Made by a program: the position numbers and the translations under genes
NCBI GenBank assembly: GCA_963422645.2
Contig: CAXXVO010000009.1
Location: 64,001 to 128,000, forward strand
Direction of reading: 5' to 3'
DNA length: 64,000 nucleotides
DNA from: Alphaproteobacteria bacterium
Lineage (GTDB): Bacteria > Pseudomonadota > Alphaproteobacteria > UBA828
Part shown: positions 28,472 through 38,774 of the stretch, piece after piece
Position numbering within the stretch: position 1 is the first letter of the stretch
Layout: each line of letters opens with the position of its first letter
The notes under the pieces: model-generated
The model's input: only the letters and a program-made list of their open reading frames with translations
Told to the model about the DNA's origin: nothing
Databases searched by the model: none

Positions 28472-30253
28472 ATGGTGCAAACCTATAGCGCGCCGCTCCG
28501 CGACATGCGCTTCGTGCTCAACGAGCTGCTCGACGTGGGCGAGCTCGCCACGCTGCCCGGCTACGAGGACGCGACGCCCGACGTGATCGACGCCATGATC
28601 GAGGAGGGCGCCAAGCTCTGCGAGAACACGCTGCTGCCGCTCAATCGCTCGGCGGACGAGGAAGGCTGCCATTACGAGAACGGCGTGGTGCGTACACCCC
28701 AAGGCTACAAGGAGGCCTACAAGACCTTCGTCGATGCCGGCTGGACCGGCGTCACGATGTCGCCGGACTACGGCGGCAAGGGGCTGCCGCAGCTCATCAG
28801 CATGGTCTTCGACGAGATGGTGTGCTCGACGAATCTGGCCTTCGGCGTCTACCCGCTGCTCTCCAACGGCGCCGCCGCGGTGATCGAGCTCCATGCCGCC
28901 GAGGCGCTGAAGCAGGCCTATCTGCCGCACCTGGGCGACGGTACCTGGAGCGGCACCATGTGCCTGACCGAGCCTCACTGCGGCACCGACCTCGGCCTGA
29001 TCCGCACCAGGGCGGTGCCCACGGGCGAGGGCCGCTACGCGCTCTCCGGCACCAAGATCTTCATCTCCGCCGGCGAGCATGATCTGACCGAGAACATCGT
29101 CCATCTCGTGCTGGCGAAGCTGCCGGACGCACCGCCCGGCGTGCGCGGCATCAGCCTCTTCCTGGTGCCGAAGCGCAGACTCAACGAGGACGGCACGCCG
29201 GGGCCGGCCAACGGGGTCTCCTGCGGCTCGATCGAAGAGAAGATGGGCATTCACGGCTCGGCCACCTGCGTGATGCACTTCGACGAGGCCGAGGGCTATC
29301 TGATCGGTGCGCCGCACAAGGGCCTGCGCTGCATGTTCACCATGATGAACGGCGCCCGCCTCGGCGTCGGCCTCCAGGGCCTGGGGCTGGGCGAGACCGC
29401 CTATCAGAGCGCCACGGCCTACGCCAAGGACCGCCGCCAGGGGCGCGGGCTCAAGGGTGCCGCGGAGCCAGAGGCGACCGCCGACCCGATCATCGTCCAC
29501 CCAGACGTGCGCCGCATGCTTCTCACCCAGCGGGCCATCAACGAAGGCTCTCGTGCCCTCGCCTACTGGACGGCGCTGCAGCTCGACATCTCGCGCAGCC
29601 ACGAGGACGCGGCGGTGCGCGAGGATGCCGACGAGCTGGTCCAATTATTGACGCCGATCATCAAGGCCTTCTTCACCGACTACGGCTTCGAGGCCACCAA
29701 CCTCGCGATCCAGGTCCACGGCGGCCACGGCTACATCCGCGAGCACGGCATGGAACAGCTCGTGCGCGACGCGCGGATCTCCCAGATCTACGAGGGCGCG
29801 AACGGCATTCAGGCGCTCGATCTGGTGGGCCGCAAGCTGCCTAGCCGGGCCGGCCGCTACCTGCGGCACTTCTTCCATCCCGCCGTCGCCTTCATCGAAG
29901 AGAACAAGGACGATCCGGAGCTCGCCGACATCGTGGGCCCCGTGGGCAAGGCGCTCGGCAAGCTGCAGACCGCGACGCTGGTGATCGCCCAGCGCGGCCT
30001 GGGCGACCCGGAGGAAGCCGGTGCCGCGGCCTCCGACTATCTCAGGATGTTCGGGCTGGTGGCGGTCGGCTACATGTGGTGCCAGATGGCGAAGCTCGCC
30101 CGCGACAAGCAGAATGGCGACGCCTTCTATGACACCAAGCTCAAGACCGCCCGCTTCTACGTGCAGAAGATCCTGCCGGACACTGCCGGGCTCTTCCTCA
30201 AGATCATGGCGGGCAAGGGAAGCGTGATGGCCCACGGGGCGGAGGAGTTCTGA
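28472..30253 (+). CDS. Acyl-CoA dehydrogenase (DmdC/FadE-like, extended C-terminus)
   Basis: GTMCLTEPHCGTDL, KIFISAGEHD, EEKMGIHGSAT, QIYEGANGIQALDLVGRK. Confidence 0.9.
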   Translation: MVQTYSAPLRDMRFVLNELLDVGELATLPGYEDATPDVIDAMIEEGAKLCENTLLPLNRSADEEGCHYENGVVRTPQGYKEAYKTFVDAGWTGVTMSPDYGGKGLPQLISMVFDEMVCSTNLAFGVYPLLSNGAAAVIELHAAEALKQAYLPHLGDGTWSGTMCLTEPHCGTDLGLIRTRAVPTGEGRYALSGTKIFISAGEHDLTENIVHLVLAKLPDAPPGVRGISLFLVPKRRLNEDGTPGPANGVSCGSIEEKMGIHGSATCVMHFDEAEGYLIGAPHKGLRCMFTMMNGARLGVGLQGLGLGETAYQSATAYAKDRRQGRGLKGAAEPEATADPIIVHPDVRRMLLTQRAINEGSRALAYWTALQLDISRSHEDAAVREDADELVQLLTPIIKAFFTDYGFEATNLAIQVHGGHGYIREHGMEQLVRDARISQIYEGANGIQALDLVGRKLPSRAGRYLRHFFHPAVAFIEENKDDPELADIVGPVGKALGKLQTATLVIAQRGLGDPEEAGAAASDYLRMFGLVAVGYMWCQMAKLARDKQNGDAFYDTKLKTARFYVQKILPDTAGLFLKIMAGKGSVMAHGAEEF

Positions 30254-30270
30254 GCAGGGGCAAGCGCGCG

Positions 30271-31119
30271 ATGACCGAGACCCACTCCCTCGACCGGCTC
30301 GCGGGCCGGGTTGCCGACGGGGCCACGCTGGCGCTGCCGCCGGACTATTCCTTCGTGCCGATGGCTGCTGTACGGGCGCTGGTGCGCCGCCGCGTGCGCG
30401 ACCTGCACCTCGTCACGGTGCCGCAGGCCGGCATCGCGGCGGACCTGCTGATCGGCGCAGGCTGCGTCGCCACCGTCGAGACTGCGGCGGTGAGCCTCGG
30501 CGAGCTCGGCAACGCGCCCCGCTTCAGTGCCGCGGTCGAGGGCGGCGATGTGGCGATCCGCGACTCCACCTGTCCGGCGATCCACGCTGCGCTCCAGGCT
30601 GCGGAGAAGGGCGTGCCCTTCATGCCATTGCGCGGCCTGATCGGCTCGGATCTGCTGCGCGTGCGCCCGGACTGGCGGGTGATCGACAATCCGCTGGCGG
30701 AGGGTGGAGGCGATCCCATCGTCCTGCTGCCGGCGCTCAGGCCCGATGTCGCTCTTTTCCACGCGCCTTATGCCGACGAGCACGGCAACGTCTGGCTCGG
30801 CGCCCGGCGCGAGCTCGTGACCATGGCCCACGCGGCCAAGGAAACCCTGGTCACGGTCGAGGAAGTCGGCTCCGGCGACCTGTTGGCCGACGAAACACTG
30901 GCGGCGGGCACCCTGCCCGCGCTCTATGTTGGGGCGCTGGCCGAGGCGCCGCAGGGTGCTTGGCCCTTGGGCCTCTCCGGCCGCTACGAGCCCGACCGGG
31001 CCCACCTCGCCGACTACGCCCGGCTCGCGAAGAGCGAGGAGGGCTTCGCCGCCTACTGCGCGGCGCATGTGACGGACGCCGCGACGGACGATACGACCGG
31101 CCTCATCGCCGCCGAATGA
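30271..31119 (+). CDS. Family I CoA-transferase subunit A (GctA/PcaI-like)
   Basis: ADLLIGAG, LQAAEKGVPFMPLRG..GSDL, PDVALFHA..AD..GN. Confidence 0.82.
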   Translation: MTETHSLDRLAGRVADGATLALPPDYSFVPMAAVRALVRRRVRDLHLVTVPQAGIAADLLIGAGCVATVETAAVSLGELGNAPRFSAAVEGGDVAIRDSTCPAIHAALQAAEKGVPFMPLRGLIGSDLLRVRPDWRVIDNPLAEGGGDPIVLLPALRPDVALFHAPYADEHGNVWLGARRELVTMAHAAKETLVTVEEVGSGDLLADETLAAGTLPALYVGALAEAPQGAWPLGLSGRYEPDRAHLADYARLAKSEEGFAAYCAAHVTDAATDDTTGLIAAE

Positions 31120-31853
31120 ACCCGGACAAGACCGCGCTCCTCATCGACGTCATCGCCGGGATGCTCGAAGGGCTCGGCCGTGTCGCGGTCGGGGCCTCGT
31201 CGCCCATTCCCGCTGCGGCCGCGTGGCTCGCGCGCGAGCGGGGCGGCGGCCAGCCGCACGTGAGCGTGCTCGGCAGTGGGGCGCACAGCGACATGACCGA
31301 CGGCGGGCGGGAGCTCTTCGACCGCGCCGGCCAGGGCCGCATCGACGCCTTCTTCCTGGGCGGCGTGCAGATCGACGGCGGCGCCAACATCAATCTCATC
31401 GGCACCGGCCCGCATCCGACCGCAGACAAGCGCTTCCCCGGCTCCTACGGCTCCGCCTACCTCTACTTCGTGGTGCCGCGCGTGATCCTCTTCCGCGTCG
31501 AGCACACGCCCCGCACGCTGGTGGAGAAGGTGGAATTCGTGAGTGCGCCTGGCACGAGCCCACCCGCCGTCTACCGGCCGGGCGGGCCCTACGCGCTGGT
31601 GACCGGCCGCTGCGTCTTTCGTTTCGAGCCGGCGCGCAGGCGCTTCCGCCTCGCCTCGCTGCACCCGGGCCACAGCCTAGACGAGGTGCGCAGCGCCACC
31701 GGCTTCAAGTTCGACGCCGCCGACGATCCGCCCGTCACCCCTGCCCCGAGCGCGGAGACCATGGCGCTGATCCGCGGCCCCATCGGCGCGGCCCTCACCG
31801 ACGTCTACCCCCGCTTCGCCGCCAAGTTTCTGGGCGACGAGCGGGCGGCGTAG
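31116..31853 (+). CDS. Family I CoA-transferase subunit B
   Basis: RIDAFFLGGVQID..ANIN, FPGSYG, VEFVSAPG, SLHPG....V...TGF; ATGA overlap with subunit A. Confidence 0.82.
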   Translation: MNPDKTALLIDVIAGMLEGLGRVAVGASSPIPAAAAWLARERGGGQPHVSVLGSGAHSDMTDGGRELFDRAGQGRIDAFFLGGVQIDGGANINLIGTGPHPTADKRFPGSYGSAYLYFVVPRVILFRVEHTPRTLVEKVEFVSAPGTSPPAVYRPGGPYALVTGRCVFRFEPARRRFRLASLHPGHSLDEVRSATGFKFDAADDPPVTPAPSAETMALIRGPIGAALTDVYPRFAAKFLGDERAA

Positions 31854-31947
31854 GCCCGGTCTCGACCCTGTTGAGATCGGCCCTTGGATCGGAGCTTTGC
31901 AGGGACTATCTTACTTTTGCCTTACTACAGCGACCCGGAACTGAGCG

Positions 31948-32223
31948 ATGTCGATCCCGGAGCGGCTCACCACCACCGTTTCGACCAAGGGTCAGGTCAT
32001 CCTGCCCAAGGCAATCCGCCAGGCGCTGCATTGGGAGGCGGGGATGCGGCTCGTCGTGGAGAACACCCCCGAGGGCGTGCTGTTGAAGCCCGTGCCGGCC
32101 TTTGCCGAGACCCGGCCGGAAGACGTGTTCGGATGCCTTGAGAGCGCCGGCGCACCCAAGTCTCTGGCGGAGATGGAGGCAGGCGTTCTGGCGGAGGCGA
32201 AGCGGCGCCATGCTGGCAATTGA
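31948..32223 (+). CDS. AbrB/MazE/SpoVT-family antitoxin (VapB)
   Basis: VSTKGQVILPKAIR..L.W.AG; upstream CTTACT direct repeats at 31910 and 31921 may be the operator. Confidence 0.88.
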   Translation: MSIPERLTTTVSTKGQVILPKAIRQALHWEAGMRLVVENTPEGVLLKPVPAFAETRPEDVFGCLESAGAPKSLAEMEAGVLAEAKRRHAGN

Positions 32224-32608
32224 TACCAATGTCGTCGTCCGCTACTTGACCGGCGACGATCCGACGCAGGCCGCCGTCGCGAGAGCCGTGATCGACGCGG
32301 GCCGTGTCTTTGTCAGTAAGACGGTCTTTCTGGAATGCGAATGGGTGTTGCGCGGCGTCTATGGCTTTACTGGAGGGGAGGTCGCAGCGGCCTTGCGCGG
32401 CCTCGCGGGGCTGCCGAGCGTTTCCGTGGAGAGTCCCATCCTGCTCGCGGAAGCTCTCGATCGTGCCGAGGCGGGGATGGATTTCGCGGACGCCCTGCAT
32501 CTTGGCGCCGCCGCGCAGTGCGAGGCGATGCTGACCTTCGACCGCCACTTCATCGAGGCCGCCCGGGATACGCCAGTCAGGGTGACGCTCCCCCGAGCAA
32601 GCGTGTGA
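32210..32608 (+). CDS. vapC: VapC PIN-domain toxin
   Basis: AIDTNVVVRYL, LECEWVL, DFADALH, TFDR. Confidence 0.9.
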   Translation: MLAIDTNVVVRYLTGDDPTQAAVARAVIDAGRVFVSKTVFLECEWVLRGVYGFTGGEVAAALRGLAGLPSVSVESPILLAEALDRAEAGMDFADALHLGAAAQCEAMLTFDRHFIEAARDTPVRVTLPRASV

Positions 32609-32739
32609 AATGCCGCGACACGCGAGGCGCGGGCCGCACTGCGGCGTGGTTGAGTTCGCGACTCGGGCAGCCCGGTAGCACGGGCCGGCGGAACGGAGTA
32701 TCACTGCCGGCGCGGGCTGCAGGCGGCGGGGCGAAGAGC

Positions 32740-32892
32740 ATGAAGCGCGTCCACATCGACATCTCGGTCACCGACCTCGACCGCTCGGTCGGGTTCTACA
32801 CGAGCCTCTTCGGCGCCGGGCCGACGGTGCTGAAGCAGGACTACGGCGAAGACCTGGAGCCCGAGACCGGAGCGCCTGCGTCGGCCGCCTGA
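32740..32892 (+). pseudogene. Truncated ArsI/CadI-like VOC (glyoxalase) family gene
   Basis: MKRVHIDISVTDLDRSVGFYTSLFGAGPTVLKQDY matches the CadI/ArsI N-terminus, then diverges and stops at 50 aa. Confidence 0.65.
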
Positions 32893-32925
32893 CCACACCC
32901 ATTCTCGTTCTTCAGGGAGCCCCCC

Positions 32926-34334
32926 ATGTCGTCATCGAATCCGGCATTCCTCAACGCGACCGAAGCGTCCGCGGCGATCCAGGCCGGCCGGCTCAGCCCG
33001 GTCGAGCTCGTGGACGCTCTGCTCGACCGGATCGACGCGCACGAGGAGCGGCTGCACGCCTTCGCTGCGGTCTACCCTGAGGAAGCCCGCGCCGCTGCCG
33101 AAGCGGCACACAAGGCCATCCGCGCGGGTCACGGCGTCGGCCCCTGGCACGGGGTGCCGATCGCGCTGAAGGACATCATCGACATCGAGGGCCGCATCAC
33201 CACGATCGGCAGCAAGCACTGGGCGGAGCGCATCTCGCCCACGACCGCGACGCTCGCGCGCCGGCTGATCGAGGCGGGGATGATCGTCATCGGCAAGGCC
33301 AACACCGTGGAATTCGCCATGGGCGGCTGGGGCACCAACCAGCACATGGGGACGCCGCGCAATCCGTGGGATGCCGAGGTGCATCGCGCGCCCGGCGGCT
33401 CCAGCAGCGGCTCCGGCGTCTCCGTCGCCGCGCGTCTCGCGCCGTGGGCCATTGGCACGGACACCGGCGGCTCCGTGCGAATTCCGTCCGCGTGGTGCGG
33501 GCTAGCCGGCCTCAAGGTGACTATCGGGCAGATCAGCGCCGCCGGCGTGGCACCGCTCTCGCACACGCTCGACACGCCCGGCCCCATGACCCGCTCGGTG
33601 GAGGACGCGGCCCGGCTTTACATGGTGCTGCAGGGCCCCGATCCCGCCGATCCGGCGACGCGGCGCCACGTGCCTGCGGACCCGCTTCCCGCGCTGCGGC
33701 GGGGGGTCGCCGGGCTGCGCTTGGGGGTCATGGCCGAGGCCGAGCGGCACGGCGTGGACGCCGACGTGCTCGCCAGCTTCGACGCCGCCATCGAGGTTCT
33801 CGAGCAGGCGGGAGCACGCTGCGAGACCCTGGCGATGCCGCGCTCTGCCGCCGAATACGGAAATCGCGTGGGCAAGCTGATCGGCACGGAGGGCTACTTC
33901 CACGTGGGCGCGTTGGTGGACGACGAGTCGCTCCCCATCGACGACGACGTGCGCCCCCGCATCCAGCCCAGCTCGGGCGCGGCGTCTCAGCGGTGGACTA
34001 CATGGCGATGATGCGTACGCGGGACGAAGACAAGCGGGCCGCGCTCGCGGCGATGGAGGGCTTCGACGCCCTGCTCACGCCGGGCACGCTGACGGCGGCG
34101 CCGGCGGTCGCGGCCATCGACCAGAACAAGACGCCCGCCCACTTCACGCGCATGGTCAACTGGCTGGAATGGTGCGCCCTCGTGGTGCCCAACGGTGCTA
34201 CGGCGAAGGGTCTGCCGACATCGCTGCACATCGTCTGCCGTGGCCGGGATGAGGCAACGGCGCTCCGCATCGGCTGGGCCTACGAGCAGGCCAAGGACTT
34301 GCACCTGCGTGTGCCGCCTCGGCTCGAGGCGTAG
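32926..34334 (+). pseudogene. Amidase-signature family enzyme, frameshifted by a 5-bp duplication
   Basis: ALKD, PGGSSSGS, GTDTGGSVRIP; CCAGC-CCAGC at 33963-33972; removing one copy gives ...RPRIQLGRGVSAVDYM... and a 467-aa protein. Confidence 0.82.
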
Positions 34335-34400
34335 GGGCTAATTGTCACTGCGCACCTCCGTCTTCTCCGCCGGGTGCCCTCGATACGTTATTTTCCCCCA

Positions 34401-34440
34401 CCTCACCCCGACCCTTTCCGCCTCCAAGGCGGAGAGGGTG
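34401..34440. terminator. Stem-loop of the alphaproteobacterial CCTCACCCCGACCCT...GAGAGGG palindromic repeat type between convergent genes
   Basis: ACCCTTTCCGCC-tccaa-GGCGGAGAGGGT (34411-34439) preceded by CCTCACCCCG. Confidence 0.5.
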
Positions 34441-34494
34441 TGACCGCAGCCTGCACCGACGAGGGCGGTGAGCCGCAGGCCCTGTCGCTGGCGC

Positions 34495-35343
34495 TCAATC
34501 GCTTTCGAGTCTCTCCGCAGGAGGGACGGTGTCGGTCACCAGATCGCGGATCACCCGCTTGTTGCGCAAGGGCTCCAGCGTCATGGTGCCGGGCCTGAGA
34601 CGGGCCGTGCAGGCGTAGGCCGTCTCGCCATCGACCCGCATGGTGCACTCCTTGCACACGTTCGCGTTGGTGCAGCTGTAGCGGAAAGCCAGAGAGGGGT
34701 CGCGGTTCTCGCGCAGCCAGATCAGGCCGTCGAGCACCGAGGCGCCGGTCTCGTAGGGCACGTCGAAGGTCTCGATCTCCTGCGCGCGGCCGGTCTCGAT
34801 GTCGAAGCCCACGGCGCCCGTGAGCCGCCCGTCGGCCTGTACCGGGTCGGTCGCGACGAGGCCGGAGATGCGCCTGATCGCGTCGACGCGGGCGATGCGT
34901 CGGCGGAGCGTGGCGGCGACGGCGGGGCCGGTATTGAGGATGTCCACGTAGCAGCAGCGCCGGCGCCGGTGGCCGGGCGCCGTGACCTGGGCGATGCGCC
35001 CGCCCTCGCGCGCCCAGCCGACCCTCCAGGAGTCCATCTCCCGGATACGCGTGGGACCCTCCTCGCAGAGCAGCGCGGCGAGCCCTGGATCACACAAGCC
35101 CCGCCCGGCCTCCAGCGTGTCCTCCAGGTGGTCCTCGACCGTGTCGGGCTCGGCCTCGCCTAGAGCGGCGGCGACGGTCATCTGCGCCATCACCGTGGCG
35201 CCGCCGCGCCCCACCATGTTGCGATCAGCAAGCACGATCCGGCCCGCACCCGCCTCGGCCGCGGCGAGCGCCGCATACTTGCCGGCGCCGCCCGCGCCAA
35301 TCACGAGCACGTCGGTGTCGATATGGGCGGGCGTTTCGCTCAT
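34495..35343 (-). CDS. Fusion of an Sdh/Frd/NadB-type flavoprotein N-terminus to an SdhB/FrdB-like 2Fe-2S domain (probable deletion product)
   Basis: DVLVIGAGGAG...HLEDTLEAGRGLCD...APGH...GAVGFDIETG runs in frame into ETFDVPY...VLDGL..L....DPSLAFRYSCTNANVCKEC...YAC...LEPL....IRDLVTD. Confidence 0.72.
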   Translation of the reverse strand: MSETPAHIDTDVLVIGAGGAGKYAALAAAEAGAGRIVLADRNMVGRGGATVMAQMTVAAALGEAEPDTVEDHLEDTLEAGRGLCDPGLAALLCEEGPTRIREMDSWRVGWAREGGRIAQVTAPGHRRRRCCYVDILNTGPAVAATLRRRIARVDAIRRISGLVATDPVQADGRLTGAVGFDIETGRAQEIETFDVPYETGASVLDGLIWLRENRDPSLAFRYSCTNANVCKECTMRVDGETAYACTARLRPGTMTLEPLRNKRVIRDLVTDTVPPAERLESD

Positions 35344-35383
35344 CGCTCCCTTCCGCGCCGCGCCGCCGGCCGCCGCGCGCCGA

Positions 35384-36820
35384 TCAGAGGGGCGGGCGGC
35401 GCTGGTCCCAGGGCCGGGCGCGCTCATAGTCGGCGGCGGCGCGGAACACGCGCACGTCGTCGTAGGTGCGCCCCACGATCTGGATGCCCGTCGGCACGCC
35501 GGAGGACGCATAGCCGCTCGGCACCGCGGCTATCGGGCACTCCGGCACCAGATTGAAGGGGTAGCAGAGCTGCCATTGCACGTAGATGTCGCCCGGCCAG
35601 TTGGCGACGCTCAGGGTCTTGCCGTTGATGCGGAAATCCGTGTTTTCGATGTCGTGGTCGGCGGGCAGCGCCGGGATCGCGTTGGTGGGGCAAACCAGAA
35701 TGTCGTACGCGTCGAGGATCGGCGCCAGCGTCTCGTACATCCGGCCGCGTACGGCGTTGCACTGGTAGAAGCGGCTCAGGCTGTGCTGGGAGCCGCGTTC
35801 GAGGAGACCGCGGACGAAGCCCTCCATCTCGAATTTCCAGCGGGGATAGAGGTGGCCGGCGGCAGCCCAGAAGAGGCCCTCCCAATGGGTAGTCCAGGCG
35901 TCCAGCACCGAAAAGTCCCAGCCGAGCTCCACCTCTTCGACCGTGCAGCCGAGGCTCCTGAACGCCTCCAGGGCGTCACGAGTATTCGCCTGCACCTCCT
36001 CGTCGATCTCGTAGTAGCCGAGGTCCATGGAGAAGGCGACCCTCCACCCCTCGATGGGGTCGAGCTCGCTCGGAATCTCCAGCTTGGGGCGGAGCGAGCA
36101 GATGTCGTCCGGGTGCGGCCCCGCCATCACGTTCTGCATCAGCGCGCCGTCGACAACGCTCCGCGTCATCGGCCCGTAGTGCAGCAGCGATTCTCGGGGG
36201 TACGCGCGGTCGATGGGGTTGCGGCCGAAGAGCGGCTTGTAGCCGAAATGCCCGCAGCAGGCCGCCGGCATACGGATCGAGCCGCCGCCGTCAGTGCCGT
36301 CGGCGAGCGTCGTCATGCCGGTCGCCACGGCCGCCGCAGCGCCGCCCGACGAGCCGCCGGGGCCGTAATCCAGGTTCCACGGGTTGCGCGTGTTGCCCCA
36401 AAGGTCGCTGCGGCAGTGCGGCGCATGGGCCATCTCGGGCGTGGTGGTGCGCGCATGCATGATCGCGCCCGCCTCCAGCAGCCGCGCCACGGTGGGCGCC
36501 GAGCGGTCGGGCACGTGGTTCTCGAACATGCGCGAGCCGAAGGTCGTGATCTCCCCTTCCACCGGATGAAAGTCCTTGATGACGATGGGGATGCCTTCGA
36601 GGGGGCGCGTGTCTGCGCCCGACGAATAGAGCGCCTCGGCCGCCTTCGCCTGCTCCAGCGCGCGCTCGTAGAAGGTGTAGGTATAGGCGTTGACCGCGGG
36701 ATTGACCGCCTCGGACCGCGCGATCACGGCAGACATGAGGTCCACTGGCGAGAGCTCGCCCGACTTGAATTTGGCCAGCGCCTCGGTTGCGGTGGTGTAG
36801 CAAAGATCGTCCGACGCCAT
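35384..36820 (-). CDS. Amidase-signature family enzyme
   Basis: IVIKD, TRNPWN, PGGSSGG, GTDGGGSIRMPA. Confidence 0.9.
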   Translation of the reverse strand: MASDDLCYTTATEALAKFKSGELSPVDLMSAVIARSEAVNPAVNAYTYTFYERALEQAKAAEALYSSGADTRPLEGIPIVIKDFHPVEGEITTFGSRMFENHVPDRSAPTVARLLEAGAIMHARTTTPEMAHAPHCRSDLWGNTRNPWNLDYGPGGSSGGAAAAVATGMTTLADGTDGGGSIRMPAACCGHFGYKPLFGRNPIDRAYPRESLLHYGPMTRSVVDGALMQNVMAGPHPDDICSLRPKLEIPSELDPIEGWRVAFSMDLGYYEIDEEVQANTRDALEAFRSLGCTVEEVELGWDFSVLDAWTTHWEGLFWAAAGHLYPRWKFEMEGFVRGLLERGSQHSLSRFYQCNAVRGRMYETLAPILDAYDILVCPTNAIPALPADHDIENTDFRINGKTLSVANWPGDIYVQWQLCYPFNLVPECPIAAVPSGYASSGVPTGIQIVGRTYDDVRVFRAAADYERARPWDQRRPPL

Positions 36821-36877
36821 GATATCCTCCCCCGATCGCCTTTTTCGTTAGACGAACATCAAATCCGGCGAAGGACA

Positions 36878-37957
36878 ATGGCCGAAACATCGTCGCCCAT
36901 TCTGGAGTTGAACCACGTCTCCAAGCGCTTCGACCGCACGGTCGTCGCGGACGACCTGTGCCTGGGCATCGAGAAGGGCGAGTTCTTCACCTTCCTGGGC
37001 CCCAGCGGGTCGGGCAAATCGTCGACGCTTCGCATCATTGCCGGGCTGGCCAAGCCCGATTCCGGCCGCGTCCTCATCGAGGGGAAGGACGTCAGCGCGG
37101 TGCCGCCCTGGCGCCGCAACCTCGGCATGGTGTTCCAGCAGTACGCAATCTTCCCGCACATGACGGTGGCGGAGAACATCGCCTACGGCCTGAAGGTCCG
37201 CGGCATGGCGCGGGGCGAGCGCCAGCGCCGGGTCGAGGAGCTCGTGGACCTGGTCGGCCTATCCGGCATGGAGGAGAAGAACGTGACGCTCCTGAGCGGC
37301 GGCGAGCAGCAGCGCGTCGCAGTCGCCCGCGCGCTCGCGCCCAGACCCGCGATCCTGCTGCTCGATGAGCCGCTGGCGGCCCTCGACGAGAAGATCCGCC
37401 GCGAGATGCAGACCGAGCTCAAGCACCTCCAGCGCGGGACCGGCACCACCTTCCTCTACGTTACCCATGACCAGGAGGAGGCGCTCACCATGAGCGACCG
37501 TATCGCCGTGCTCAACCGCGGCGTCTGCGTGCAGTGCGACCGCCCGGAAGCGCTCTTCCGCCGCCCGCGGGCCCGCTTCGTTGCCGGTTTCTTCCGCGGC
37601 TGTAACGTGCTGGAGGCCCGGCTCGTCGCGCTGCGCGGGGCGGAGGCGGATATCGAGATCGCCGGCCAGATGGTGACCATCGAGCGGTGCGAGCAGGCGG
37701 AGCGCGGGCCCGGAGACTGCGATATCGCTCTCCGCGCCGAGAACATCCTGGTCGGCACGGCCGCGTCCAACGCCCCGGTCCGGCTGGACGCCACCTTGGA
37801 GGAAATGATCTATCGCGGCACCAGTGTGGACCATCACCTCATGTTTCGCGACGGCCAGAAGGCGATCGCGACCTCCACCAGGCGCGAGCTCGACTCAGCG
37901 CCCGTCGAGTTGACCATCGGCTTCCGCCGCGAGGACGTGATCCTGCTGGCCGAGTGA
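36878..37957 (+). CDS. ABC transporter ATP-binding subunit (PotA-like)
   Basis: GPSGSGKS, LSGGEQQR, LLLDEP, YVTHDQEEA; C-terminal TOBE-like region. Confidence 0.92.
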   Translation: MAETSSPILELNHVSKRFDRTVVADDLCLGIEKGEFFTFLGPSGSGKSSTLRIIAGLAKPDSGRVLIEGKDVSAVPPWRRNLGMVFQQYAIFPHMTVAENIAYGLKVRGMARGERQRRVEELVDLVGLSGMEEKNVTLLSGGEQQRVAVARALAPRPAILLLDEPLAALDEKIRREMQTELKHLQRGTGTTFLYVTHDQEEALTMSDRIAVLNRGVCVQCDRPEALFRRPRARFVAGFFRGCNVLEARLVALRGAEADIEIAGQMVTIERCEQAERGPGDCDIALRAENILVGTAASNAPVRLDATLEEMIYRGTSVDHHLMFRDGQKAIATSTRRELDSAPVELTIGFRREDVILLAE

Positions 37958-37964
37958 CTGCTCG

Positions 37965-38774
37965 TCAGGCCCGCGCCCGCATCTCGCGCCGTGCCTGGCG
38001 GGCGCCCATGACGCTCAGCACCAGGACCAGGCCGAAGGTCACGATGATGAGCAGCCCCATCAGCGCGAAGAGCGTGGGCGTGAGGCCAATCTGCTTGAAG
38101 GTCGACCAGATATAGGTCTGCACCGTGTTGTAGGGCCCCTGCACCATGGTGGTCCTGATGGTCTCGTTGAACGAGATGATCATCGAGAAGATCGCCGCCC
38201 CCACCACGCCGGGGTAGATCAGCGGCAGCTCGATATCGAAGAAGGCGCGCCAGCGGTTGGCGCCGGTAATGTGGGCCGCCTCAAGCAGCACCGGGTCGAA
38301 GGTCGTCATCACCGTCAGCACGATGAGGAAGGCGAAGGGCAGCGCCCAGACCACGTGGATGACGACGATCGAGAAGAACGCCGACGGAATGCCGAGCTCG
38401 CGGAAAAAGAAGGCGGTGGCGATGCCCATGCTGATGCCGGGCACGAAGAGCGGCAACAGCATGAGGATGATGATGAGCCGGCGCACCTTCAGCTCGCGCA
38501 CCGCCATCGCCGCCAACAGCGCCAGCACGGGCGTCACGATACCGACGATGACCGCCAGGATCACCGAGGTTTCGAAGGACTTTACGAGAATGGGATTGCT
38601 CCACATCTCGACGTACCAGCGCAGCGTGAACGACGGCTCGTCGGTCACCTGGCCGAACTGATAGCGCGCGGTGGCGGACAGGATCAGCGGCGGCACCAGC
38701 GGCGCGTAGAGGAAGACAAGCGCCACCAAGGTGACGATCCAGAAGACGGCGCGGCTGACGCGGGAGTCGCCCAT
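37965..38774 (-). CDS. ABC permease (PotC-like)
   Basis: Hydrophobic helices; FTLRWY; LLEAA...GA EAA loop. Confidence 0.88.
   Translation of the reverse strand: MGDSRVSRAVFWIVTLVALVFLYAPLVPPLILSATARYQFGQVTDEPSFTLRWYVEMWSNPILVKSFETSVILAVIVGIVTPVLALLAAMAVRELKVRRLIIILMLLPLFVPGISMGIATAFFFRELGIPSAFFSIVVIHVVWALPFAFLIVLTVMTTFDPVLLEAAHITGANRWRAFFDIELPLIYPGVVGAAIFSMIISFNETIRTTMVQGPYNTVQTYIWSTFKQIGLTPTLFALMGLLIIVTFGLVLVLSVMGARQARREMRARA

Noticed and set aside
34982-37957. 991-aa ORF ending in an ABC ATPase
   Set aside because: The first ~630 codons are antisense to the amidase and flavoprotein genes; the ATPase starts at 36878 after an AAGGA RBS
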